This document shows, piece after piece, positions 1-10,040 of a stretch of DNA of 19,715 nucleotides. Within the stretch, counting starts at the first letter, position 1. Each line of letters starts with the position of its first letter. The notes under the pieces are model-generated. The model did no database searches. It was given only the letters and a program-made list of their open reading frames with translations, and had not been told where the DNA came from. The position numbers were made by a program, and so were the translations under genes. Source of the stretch: Octopus sinensis (taxonomy: Eukaryota); NCBI RefSeq assembly GCF_006345805.1, contig NW_021824239.1, forward strand, positions 1-19,715, read 5' to 3'.

Positions 1-47
1 CAGTCATAACAATAGATTCAATATAGTTATTGCAGATTTATAACTTA

Positions 48-442
48 CTAGCAGTATCACCCGGCGTTGCTCGGGTTTGTAAGGGAAATAACTATATAAG
101 CATTTTTAGAGAGTTATAGCCAAAAAATAGCAAAAAAATGCATTAAAAATGTAAAAAAATGATGGTAATTTTTTTTTAAATCGTTGACTCATCGTAGACA
201 TTTTTAGAGAGTTACTTCCCTTATATAATAGCGAAAAATGCATTAAAATGGAAAAAAATTATGGTAAATTTTTTTTTAAATCGTAGACTCATTGTAGACG
301 CGCGCTAATACCCAGAAGGGCTCGATATGAATCCAGACTATAAGATACCCGGTTTTGGTTAAACTGCACCGCAAAATGTGGGAGTAGTTAGGAATCTAAA
401 TCGTAGGAGACAGACACACAACCTCTCTTTTATATATAAAGA
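48..442 (-). mobile_element. Non-autonomous Helitron, family H1, copy 1 (~395 bp)
   Basis: On the minus strand it starts TC (442-441) and ends CTAG (51-48), inserted between A and T with no TSD. A GC hairpin ACCCG-GC-GTT-GC-T-CGGGT (59-76) lies ~7 nt inside the CTAG end. Internal ~100-bp tandem duplication (101-198, 199-298). A second copy with the same ends is at 14627-15023. Confidence 0.82.
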
Positions 443-810
443 TTTCAAGTTAACAGAATTGAAGAGACTAGACTAAAGGAAAAAACTAAAACAAGACGAG
501 TTCATACATCAAACTCAATCTATCATTCTGTAGCGCATATAGATAAAGTATAACCAGCAACTGTACAAGGAGTAGACTGCATGCGAATAGGAAAAATATT
601 TTTAAAAAATGAATAACAGTGAGAGTACAAAAATACATAGAAGCAAGTATAATCAGCAGACTGATTACTGTAATACGTGGAACAATTTTGACATATTCGG
701 ATCAAACCTTCTTATCACATCCTATTTCAAAAATCGATCTGTGTTATAAAGAAGTTCTCTCTATCTTCCTCTCTTTCTGTCTCTCCTCTGTCTGTCTATC
801 TGTTTCTCAT

Positions 811-819
811 TGTGTGTGT

Positions 820-854
<35 letters not shown>
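811..854. repeat. (GT)n microsatellite
   Basis: Direct reading; one GG interruption. Confidence 0.95.
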
Positions 855-858
<4 letters not shown>

Positions 859-956
859 TTTAAAATTCTGCAGCTTCATTTCATTACACCAGCTTCGTAA
901 CCAGCTCAGCTCAATCAGCGGAATGAAAAATGATGAATTTGGGAAACATTAAACCT

Positions 957-958
<2 letters not shown>

Positions 959-1001
<43 letters not shown>

Positions 1002-1062
1002 CATACATATATTATACATACTACATACATACATATACATACATACATACTATATATATATA
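959..1062. repeat. Compound (TA)n/(TACA)n microsatellite
   Basis: Direct reading. Confidence 0.95.
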
Positions 1063-1226
1063 GTTGTATGTTGTGTGTATATACACATGCATATATGTGT
1101 GTGTATAGGAGTGTGTACGTGCATGTGTAAATATGAATTATATGTGTTTATGATTTTAAACCAGACTGGAATCATTTGTTGCTCATTATATATTTTTGAT
1201 ACATTTATATATATTTTATGGATGCA

Positions 1227-1282
<56 letters not shown>

Positions 1283-1283
1283 C

Positions 1284-1314
<31 letters not shown>

Positions 1315-1635
1315 CATCTATCTATATTTATCTATCTATCCATCCATCTACCTATCTATCTATCTACCCATCTATCCATCTATCTACCCATCTACCCATC
1401 TATCTATCTATCTACCCATCTATCCATCTATCTATCTATCTACCCATCTATCTATCCATCCATCCATCCATCCATCTATCTATCCATCCATCCATCCATC
1501 CATCTATCTATCCATCTATCTATCTATATTTATCTATCTATCCATCCATCTATCTACCCATCTATCCATCTATCTATCCATCTATCCATCCATCTATCTA
1601 CCCATCTATCCATCTATCTATCCATCTATCTACCC

Positions 1636-1723
<88 letters not shown>

Positions 1724-1741
1724 CTATATCTATCTATCTAT

Positions 1742-1775
<34 letters not shown>

Positions 1776-1875
1776 CTACTATCTATCTATCCTCCATCCA
1801 TCCATCCATCCCTCCATCCATCCATCCATCCATCCATCCATCCATCCATCCATCCATCCATCCATCCATCCATCC

Positions 1876-1926
<51 letters not shown>

Positions 1927-1997
1927 CATCTATCTACCCATCTATCTACCCATCTATCCATCTATCTATCTATCTATCTATCTATCCATCTATCTAT
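1227..1997. repeat. ~770-bp (ATCT)n/(ATCC)n tetranucleotide array (GATA/GGAT on minus strand)
   Basis: Continuous tatc/catc units with interspersed tacc variants; explains ORFs 1075-2322, 1196-2026 and 1218-2135. Confidence 0.97.
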
Positions 1998-2041
1998 GTG
2001 TGTATGTATGTGTATGCATATATTGATAGAGATGAAATTTT

Positions 2042-2083
2042 CACACACAGACACACACACAAACGCACGCACACACACACACA

Positions 2084-2124
<41 letters not shown>
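2042..2124. repeat. (CA)n microsatellite
   Basis: Direct reading. Confidence 0.95.
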
Positions 2125-2134
<10 letters not shown>

Positions 2135-2765
2135 ATGATGTAATGTATGCATGTGTTCAGGCTGAAATCTGTAAATATGTTTTATCATTTATGCTATTAG
2201 GCATTCATATGCATGTTGGTGGTGGTGGCGCTGACTGCTCCTATGCTCATATTACTAAATACATATGTATATATGTTTGCATGCATGCATGCATATGTGC
2301 ATTTGTGTGTGTATACACGTAACTTAACGCACGCACACTCGTGCATGTGTGTGCGTGTCCGTGTGTGACAGTGCTCCCGCTTGTCCTCGTGCCGAAAGCT
2401 TATGAAGTGATGTTGTAACTACTCTTCCTCTAAGCTTATTACTGTGTCACATAACATTTAATCTTATGATTTTGAGCACACGCACAAATACACACACACA
2501 CAAATATATATATATATATATATACATACAGATTTATATAATATATATATATTCATATACACGCTTATGTAAAACGCTAGGTAATGAATCAGTGTACCGC
2601 TTTATATGCGCATTTTATTTGATGGGGAATCTATCGGTATTTACATGCAATTACAGTGCTGCACGAACGTGTATACGTGCAAACATGCATACGTACACAT
2701 TCTTATATATATGCATACACTGCATGTGCACACACGCACACGCACACGTATACGCACACACATAT

Positions 2766-2807
2766 ATATGCATATAGTGCATGTGTGCATGCAAATGTGC
2801 ATGTATG

Positions 2808-2842
<35 letters not shown>

Positions 2843-3191
2843 AATAGATATATATTTCTTAATGTGTGTTCATGTGTATGCATGTATGTATATACATACA
2901 TATGCATACATCCATCCATATATATATACACAAACATAATACACTTACATGCACACAAACACACGCATAGATATGCATATAGTGTATGTGTCCATGCAAA
3001 TATGCATGTATGCTTACACACACACACACACCACACACACACACACACACACCACACACATATATATATGTATATATTTCTTAATGTGTGTACATGTGTA
3101 TGCATGTATGTATATACATACATATGCATACATACATCCATATATATATGTACACAAACATAACACACTTACATGCACACAGACACACGCA
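2766..3191. repeat. Two-copy tandem duplication, period ~205 bp, low complexity
   Basis: atatgcatatagtg...tgcatgtatgctta at 2766 and 2971; tatatatttcttaatgtgtg...cataa(t/c)acacttacatgcacaca present in both units. Confidence 0.85.
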
Positions 3192-3352
3192 GACACACAC
3201 GCACACACACACACACACAGACAAATTGTAGGGGAGGGAGAATATTCGGATAATCTCTGAGCGCAGTTGGAGCTAAAGAAGGATTTGTTTACTAAACATA
3301 CTCGATCTTGCTGTCATCTTAGAAGTTTTTGCTTTTCTTACACTTGTTATAG

Positions 3353-3397
3353 AAGCGCCAAGCATTCCAAACTACAAAGAACGTAGTGATTAGGTCG
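3353..3397 (+). other. Candidate 45-nt exon (open only in phase 0: KRQAFQTTKNVVIRS)
   Basis: Preceded by gtttttgcttttcttacacttgttatag (polypyrimidine + TAG at 3350-3352) and followed by GTGAGT (3398-3403). No protein homology recognised. Confidence 0.3.
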
Positions 3398-3512
3398 GTG
3401 AGTGGCTGCGATTGTGTTCTCAGAAAATGGTTTGTATTTTACACGGAAATCCCAATATAAAGACATTTTATGGTTCTTTCTATCGATTCTTGTAATTGAA
3501 TGTCAACCTCCT

Positions 3513-3522
3513 CATACATACA

Positions 3523-3552
<30 letters not shown>
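3513..3552. repeat. (CATA)n microsatellite
   Basis: Direct reading. Confidence 0.95.
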
Positions 3553-3554
<2 letters not shown>

Positions 3555-3737
3555 GCTTTTCTGTCAAACATGCTATATTAAACTACGACTGTGTTCATGT
3601 TTAATCTGTTTTTCATTTAGGATATTTCATATTTTTATTATTGCTCTTTAATGTTGTGTATGAGCCAGTAATATTCATAAATTCATCTATCTGACGTTTC
3701 GAGACAATCTCATTTCAAAATAAACTATTTTCAATAG

Positions 3738-3761
3738 TGTGTTAAATTCGTGCAGTTTGCC
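3738..3761 (+). other. Candidate 24-nt microexon (phase 0: CVKFVQFA)
   Basis: ttttcaatag acceptor (AG 3736-3737) and GTAAGT donor (3762-3767). An alternative acceptor tgcag at 3755 would give a 6-nt exon. Confidence 0.22.
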
Positions 3762-4111
3762 GTAAGTCGCAAAGTATCATGGAAATAATTGTATAACTGA
3801 AAATATCATCAACGCCGGATTTAAAATTATATGATAGTGAGTTCTGGTAGATTTCATGATATCATATATATTTATGTATCATGTCTCAGCGTGTTTGATT
3901 CAGGTTTGTATTTTGCTATTAGTAAATTTTCCATAGTTATTTTCTGATTTAAAAAAAAAATTATATGGCCGTTAACTTTCAAGCCAATTACATCGTGTGA
4001 AGTCCAGACTAAGGGGTTTAGGAACGATATTCTTTTTGAGCTAAACATACAGGGCCGATATGAAAAATTATTTTAAAACGATCAAATCTGAACATAATTA
4101 TTCGTGCTAAT

Positions 4112-4112
<1 letters not shown>

Positions 4113-4162
<50 letters not shown>
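4113..4162. repeat. (AC)n microsatellite
   Basis: Direct reading. Confidence 0.95.
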
Positions 4163-4163
<1 letters not shown>

Positions 4164-4483
4164 ATATATACACATGCATATAGACATATGATACTAGGAG
4201 TTTCCCGGTATGCCATAAGAATGTGGTTATCCAACTCACGTACCACTATTCATCAACTGTTATGTGAAGCCATTGTGTGTGTATGTGTTTGTGTGTATGC
4301 GTGTGTGTGTTTGTGTGTATGTGTGTGGAGTTTTGCTCAGAAAAAATGCACATTTCGACTCGAGTCAAATTAACCCAACTGCTCAAAATCCGTCTAAGAA
4401 TATCTTCATAAATTATGTTGGGACAGGCTGGTTTGTACTAAGTCGTATTAAGAATTTTAATGAAGTCAAAGGATGTTTATGTA

Positions 4484-4593
4484 TAGTAATACCCCACTTT
4501 ACGAGGATTCACTTTACGAGACCCCGGCTTACGAATTTTCGCTTTACGAGCGGTCTTCGGGAACAAATTAACTCGTATATCGCGGCATTACAG
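4484..4593. mobile_element. Degenerate ~110-bp Tigger/pogo-like (Tc1/mariner superfamily) MITE
   Basis: TA on both flanks (4482-83, 4594-95). Imperfect TIRs tagtaataccccactttacgag / ctcgtatatcgcggcattacag resemble CAGTA...TACGAG pogo-type ends; four internal (c/t)ttacga motifs. Confidence 0.55.
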
Positions 4594-4643
4594 TATTTTA
4601 TACTAAATGCTTTGAAAATATTATTTCGTTTGTCTTCATATAT

Positions 4644-5322
4644 GTGCAGGAGTGGCTGTGTGGTAAGTAGCTTCCTTACCAACCACATGGTTCTGGGTTC
4701 AGTCCCAGTGCGTGGCACCTTGGGCAAGTGTCTTCTACTATAGCCTCGGGCCGACCAAAGCCTTGTGAGTGGATTTGGTAGACGGAAACTGAAAGAAGCT
4801 TGTCGTATATATGCATATACTCTTTTACTTGTTTCAGTCATTTGACTGCGGCCATGCTGGAGCACCGCCTTTAGTCGAGCAAATCGACCCCGGGACTTAT
4901 TCTTTGTAAGCCCAGTACTTATTCTATCGGTCTCTTTTGCCGAAACGCTAAGTGACGGGGACGTAAACACACCAGCATCGGTTGTCAAGCAATGCTAGGG
5001 GGACAAACACAGACACACAAACACACACATATATATATACACATATATACGACAGGCTTCTTTATATATATATACATATATTTGTGTGTGTGTGTGTGTG
5101 TATTTGTGTGTCTGTGTTTGTCCCCATAACATCGTTTGTCAACCGATGCTGGTGTGTTTATGTCCTCGTAACTGGCGGTTCGGCAAAAGAGACCGATAGA
5201 ATAAGTACTAGGCTTGCAAAGAATAAGTCCTGGGGTCGATTTGCTCGACTAAAAGGCGGTGCTCCAGCTTGGCCGCTGTCAAATGACTGAAACAAGTAAA
5301 AGAGTTAAAGAGACTAAAGAGT
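4644..5322 (+). mobile_element. tRNA-derived SINE family A, full length, interrupted by an antisense copy
   Basis: Head gcaggagtggctgtgtggtaag (A-box-like) and gggttcagtccc (B-box-like); central TA/GT SSR; 3' end gtcaaatgactgaaacaagtaaaagagt with short tandem tail. Homologous to copies at 7012, 8825 and 10410. Confidence 0.88.
4819..5063 (-). mobile_element. 5'-truncated SINE family A copy nested antisense in the host SINE
   Basis: actcttttacttgtttcagtc... is the reverse complement of the family 3' tail and runs to gacaggcttcttt. Flanked by near-identical tatatatgcatat (4806-4818) and tatatatacatat (5067-5079), a possible TSD. Confidence 0.85.
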
Positions 5323-5589
5323 ATTATTATACTATCTATTTATCTATCCTCATATCATACGCACGCGCACACACATTAATTTATTTTTATTGGTTTATTC
5401 AAGAGAGGAGTTGCGGTGGCCCTGTGACTTCTGGAGAAGGAAGGACGTTATTCTTAGATCGAAACCCATGTCCGAAAGTTTGGAACAGTATTTATTCAGT
5501 GAAAAGTATCCAAGCATCAGGTGGACAGGGTGACGGATTTAGTCCATCATGTCTACATACATCATATGTATATTCAGTGTCAATTTTAC

Positions 5590-6000
5590 TAATGAATCGG
5601 ATAAAATATAACGATCCTACACAAAGAAATATTACCTCTGTGCATCAGCTAAATAACAAAAGGAAAATGTTAAAAGCTTTCAGATTTTCTGTTCCCTGAA
5701 GAGAAAACGGGAAGGATGTGAAGGCATTTATATCTGGAATATTCTGGAAGGGCTTAATCTAAATGCTTTTCGCTTTTTGTAAATTCCCAAATTGCATATC
5801 TCTGCCATATGCCAATATGCCAATAGCCTTACTCTGTTCCGTGCCGTGTTAGATCTATGTACTGTTCTATATACTGTAATAGTTTGGAATTAAAAAAATA
5901 ACCAATATATTCGCCAAAAATCATTTGGGATCTGCATGTATATGTCAATAGATTCATACAACAAATGGATATTTTGCTGAGTAGAATTGTTCCAAGGATG
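5590..6000 (+). pseudogene. Eroded LINE (CR1-like) reverse-transcriptase C-terminal fragment
   Basis: Frameshifted pieces I*RSYTKK / ITSVHQLNNKRKMLKAFRF / CSLKRKREGCEGIYIWNILEGL / SPKIIWDLHVYVNRFIQQMDILLS match, from memory, the CR1-type post-RT motifs IQRxxTK..L.Y.ERL..L.LYSLERRRER...IYxWKILEGL and LP...RDL....FK..LD..L. Confidence 0.55.
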
Positions 6001-6762
6001 AAATCTCATGCTGTCACTTAACCTGTAAGATATAACAACCATATCCCTGCTTCCACCCTCCAAATGATCCGCAACCCAGCGTCTTAGTAAGCGATACATT
6101 GGATGCTGCTGTGTTGCGCACGCTGTTCCTGATAAAAAGACCGGACGTGGTTGTTTGATCCTGGCAGAGCAAGGGTTAAACAATGATAATTGTGAAAGAT
6201 CTTGGAGTGGCACCAATTAAATATTGATGTGTCGAACCGGAAACGCCAGCAGACGATACTGCAGCTTCCCATTATGGCAACCATGAATAATCTACAGGTA
6301 CACAACCCGCCCCCCCCACCAAGGAAAAACAAAACAAAAAACATATTGAATGGTATAAAAGAAAACAATATACTGAACCGCTACTGTGCCTTATATCCTC
6401 ATACGATAGACCACATCAATAAAAGAAGTAAAAACATGGCAGCACCTTCATTTTGAGATTAATTTTCTTGATAGTATGCTTCATCCTTTTATCGATTCTT
6501 GCTTCTTTCAGTCCGAATATATAGATATTTCCAAGAGACGGAGAACAAGAAAGAAAGAAAATACGAATAGAAACGAAAGTCTGGATATTTGATCATTTTT
6601 ATACATTCTAGCATTCGTTATAATTACGATCTTTTTGCTAATAATAGATCCATTTTAGTATTATTAGAATGGTTGAGAATAATTTTTGTTTTTTTACTAA
6701 GTTTTCACATCTATTTTAGTGTTAACATTTAAGGGTTGGGCTCAAAACTCAGCCATTAAAAA

Positions 6763-6963
6763 GCTAGCGAAATTGTAGAATCGTTAGAGCGTTAGAAATA
6801 AAAAGGCCATGCGATATTTTTTCCAGCTCTTTACGTCCTGAGTTCAAATCCCGTCGAGGTCAATTGTTGTCTTTCATCCCTCGATAAAATAAAGCACAAG
6901 GTGATTATTGGGGTTCGATGTTATTTCCTTCTCCCCAGATCGATGGCCTAAATCAGAGACCAG
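6763..6963 (+). mobile_element. Degenerate tRNA-derived SINE family B
   Basis: agaatcgttagagc...ctgagttcaaatcccgtcgaggtcaattgttgtctttcatccctcgataaaat aligns by eye with the head and body of the 11348-11747 and 18082-18292 copies. Confidence 0.65.
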
Positions 6964-7011
6964 CATTATTAGAATGATTGAAGATATTTTTTTATTAATA
7001 TTTTTTATATA

Positions 7012-7157
7012 GGCATAGGAGTGATTGTGTGGTAAGAAGCCTGCTTTCCAACCACATGGTTCCGAGTTCAGTCCCACTGTGTGACATCTGCTATAGTCTC
7101 GGCCCAACCAAAGGTTTGTGAATTAATTTGGTTGACGGAAACTGAAAGAAGCCAGTC

Positions 7158-7194
<37 letters not shown>

Positions 7195-7220
7195 CATGTG
7201 TGCGTGTGTGTGTGTATGTC

Positions 7221-7263
<43 letters not shown>

Positions 7264-7486
7264 GCATGTGTGTCTTTGTGTCTGTCCCCACCACCATCGC
7301 TTGACAACCGACGTTGGAGTGTTTACGTCCCTGTAACATAGTAGTTCGGCAAAATGACCGACAGAATAAGTACTGGGCTTACAATGAATAAGTCCTGGGA
7401 TCGATTTTTTCAACTAAAATACCTTTAAGCCTGTGCTCCAGCATGGCCGCAGTCAAATGACTGAAACAAGTAAAAGAATAAAAGAA
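7012..7486 (+). mobile_element. SINE family A, full length, ~16-bp internal deletion
   Basis: ggcataggagtgattgtgtggtaag head and 3' ctgaaacaagtaaaagaataaaagaa tail; lacks the cttgggcaagtgtctt segment present in the other copies. Confidence 0.88.
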
Positions 7487-7552
7487 CACAAAAATATCCA
7501 TTTTAGTATTAGTATTATAAAAAGTGAGAATGAAAACTCAGCCATTAAAATT

Positions 7553-7706
7553 GTGGTGAGGCGGCAAAGTCGTATGAGCATCGAATAGAATACCTTGCTG
7601 TAACTTATTCCGGTTCGTCGCGCTCAGAGTTCGAATCCTACCGAGATTCAGCATTGCCTTCCATCCTTTCACAATCGATAAACAGAATACCAGTCATGTT
7701 CTGAGG
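7553..7706 (+). mobile_element. Highly degenerate SINE family B head
   Basis: ctcagagttcgaatcctaccgagattcagcattgccttccatcctttc..atcgataaa..taccagt parallels family B ctgagttcaaattccgccgaggtcgactttgcctttcatcctttc..gtcgataaa..taccag. Confidence 0.55.
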
Positions 7707-8000
7707 TAAAATCTGCTGTTTGTCTGTATGTCTGTCTTTCTCTCTCACACACACAAAATTGTCAACAAATATTATCAACAGGATACCATGTAAAAATCAT
7801 TGGAAGGAAGGTAGCGAGAAACCATTTTGTATTCTATCATATCGTCATAACAAACAGAGGCCTTGTCAGGAAGTCACCCTTGGGTCATCGTCGTCATGAT
7901 AGCACAAAAAAAAAAGTAAAAATGATAGACCATTAAATTATTTTACCATTCTAAAGCTCAACAAAAGAACTTGCTTGAAATTTTATCCTTTGTCTTTTAA

Positions 8001-8557
8001 CGAGCAACCCCCCCCCCTACCGTCCAATGGACGGTGCTGAATCATATCTGCTGAATAAAAAGCAATCAGTGTTTTCTTTTCATTAAAAAATAATTAAGCA
8101 TGCCTTCATTTCAATAAAATTTTTGGTTTTGTTAAACGAAGTTACGGCAAAAAAAAAAATCTTGAGAAACCAAATAATCTTTCCTTCCTTCATGCCAAGT
8201 TTGAAGAAAATATCTCTTTTGCATCTTACGTTTTTGGTCTCTTAAATATACTGCATTTTGTGGCTTTATTTCAAGCCAGCCGGTTTTTTTTTTTTTGCGC
8301 AAACTGCACGTGCATTTTTCTCACGTACGCGTAGTATCGATCGCAACAGCTGATGTACATGCGCGTACAAATGCACGTTCCCTCGGCTTTATCGATCGCA
8401 TTCTCACTGGAATCGATTTTTGTAATTTTTTCAAGACTTATACACGCCCTGATACCGTCGGTATCTACATATCAAATTTGAGTGCAATCGGATGGAGGAT
8501 GCCCGAGATCCTAGAAGACACAGACACAGAAAGACAGAACGGATTTTATATAATAGA
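8001..8557 (-). mobile_element. Probable second non-autonomous Helitron family (H2, ~557 bp)
   Basis: Minus-strand 5' A^TC at 8557 in ttttatataataga|t, the same layout as the H1 end ttttatatataaaga|t with adjacent gacacaga motifs. Perfect hairpin ACCGTCCA-A-TGGACGGT (8019-8035) 14 nt from a CTCG^T end (canonical CTAG with one change). Confidence 0.5.
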
Positions 8558-8712
8558 TTGTTCCCTAAGTTGTTAAAGAAAGCAGATCACAGTGCTAGTA
8601 CGTTATTCTCAGACCGGAAACCTGGTCTAAATGACTGCAACAGACTGCTTTTCTAAAGGTATCCAATGAATTGGATGAGGTCCTTAAACAGGGCAAGGTA
8701 TTAGGTCTAATC

Positions 8713-9328
8713 CTGTGTTCTCAACCACTTTTTGCCTATGGATCCCTTTGATTTTTATTTTACACTACTGGATCCCTATGTTAAAAAGAAATCCTGTCTT
8801 TTGTAATTAAATATTATTAGGAATTACTCTTTTACTCTTTTACTTGTTTCAGTCATTTTACTGTGGCCATGCTGGAACACCGCCTTTAGTCGAGCAAGTC
8901 GGTTCCAGGACATATTCTTTGTAAGCCTAGTACTTATTCTATCGATCTTTTTGCCGAACCGTAAACACACTAGCATCGGTTTCAAGCGATGTTGGGGGGA
9001 CAAACACAGACACACAAACATGTACACCCCCCACCCACATATATATATATATACATATATACGACGGGCTTCTTTCAGTTTCCGTCTACCAAATCCACTT
9101 ACAAGGCTTTTGTCGGCCCGAGGCTATAGTAGAAGACATTTGCCCAAGGTGCCACGCAGTGGGACTGAACCCGGAACCATGTGGTTGGTAAGGAAGCTAC
9201 TTACCACACAGCCACTCCTACGTATAAAAAATTATTAAAATATTTTGCGTATAGCCGAAGTATAACCAATTTATTGCTCATAAAATTTAACAGCAAAATC
9301 TTATATGGACCCCGGCGGAGAACCACAG
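8713..9328. mobile_element. hAT-like MITE containing a SINE insertion
   Basis: TIRs ctgtg-ttctc (8713) and gagaaccacag (9318-9328), resembling CAGTGGTTCTC hAT/Charlie-type ends. Candidate 8-bp TSD gtctaatc (8705-12) / gtctaaat (9329-36), 6/8 identical. Subterminal atgga(t/c)ccc motifs near both ends. Confidence 0.6.
8825..9223 (-). mobile_element. SINE family A, full length
   Basis: Reverse complement of the family from tail (tactcttttactcttttacttgtttcagtc) to head (cttaccacacagccactcctacg). Confidence 0.9.
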
Positions 9329-9374
9329 GTCTAAATGCAAGAACAGCTGATAAAATCCACCCCACGGACTGCCA

Positions 9375-9438
9375 CAAAATCTCATTATATCTGCTTCAGA
9401 TTTCACCAAAGTCTCATTATATCTACTTTAGGCTTCAC
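9375..9438. repeat. 32-bp two-copy tandem repeat
   Basis: caaaatctcattatatctgcttcagatttcac / caaagtctcattatatctactttaggcttcac, 27/32 identical. Confidence 0.8.
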
Positions 9439-9475
9439 TAAAAAAGCGTTGAGCAAACCAAGACAATATTAGAAT

Positions 9476-9561
9476 ACACTTGGCCAAGATTCCACGCAAT
9501 GGGATCGAACCTAGCCACATGACTGCAAAATAAGCCTGCTTAACTACGTAGCCAAACCTGT
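9476..9561 (-). mobile_element. Old SINE head related to family A
   Basis: Minus strand reads acaggtttggctacgtagttaag...ctaggttcgatcccattgcgtggaatcttggccaagtgt: A-box, B-box GGTTCGATCCC, then the family A gcgtggcaccttgggcaagtg motif. Confidence 0.6.
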
Positions 9562-9763
9562 AGACATTACGTAAGACACAACATGCACTGAGATTTAGAT
9601 TATGCAATCCAACTTTGAAATATTAATCCACTGCGTCTTACTTTACCGGAAATTATACTTATAAAACTGCAATATTATTTTTTCATTTCTAATTTACCAT
9701 AACTGCAATAGATGCCAGCCAACTTCTTCGCCGACATACCACATTTCAACACACATATACATG

Positions 9764-9765
<2 letters not shown>

Positions 9766-9804
<39 letters not shown>

Positions 9805-10040
9805 TAGTATATACATATATACTTTTGTGTGTATACACATACACGTATACATATATGCGTACATGTGATTATTAAGATTAGAGAGATAGAGACATGGTGA
9901 TAATATGATAATATATATAGGTGTATGAGTATTATATATATATATATATATTAGTATATATATATATTAATATATATATATATATATTAATATATATATA
10001 GGTGTATGAGTATATATATATATATATATATATATATACA
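9766..10040. repeat. (TA)n-rich low-complexity tract
   Basis: Several (TA)n runs with short duplicated spacers (taggtgtatgagta twice, ttaatatata twice). Confidence 0.85.

Noticed and set aside
1075-2322. 415-aa ORF and two overlapping ~300-aa ORFs (IYLS/IHPS repeats)
   Set aside because: Translation of a stop-free (ATCT/ATCC)n array; open in all three frames, with no coding signal.
4509-4988. ORFs MTTDAGVFTSPS... (also 10296-10592, 8824-9027, 8951-9238, 10586-10879)
   Set aside because: Recurrent translations of SINE family A, not genes.
5404-5520. Possible 117-nt phase-2 exon EELRWPCDFWRRKDVILRSKPMSESLEQYLFSEKYPSI
   Set aside because: Weak donor (GTGGAC), no recognisable homology, and adjacent to LINE debris; cannot be supported without RNA data.
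6172-6179. piggyBac-like end AGGG|TTAA
   Set aside because: No matching TTAA|CCCT partner end found nearby.
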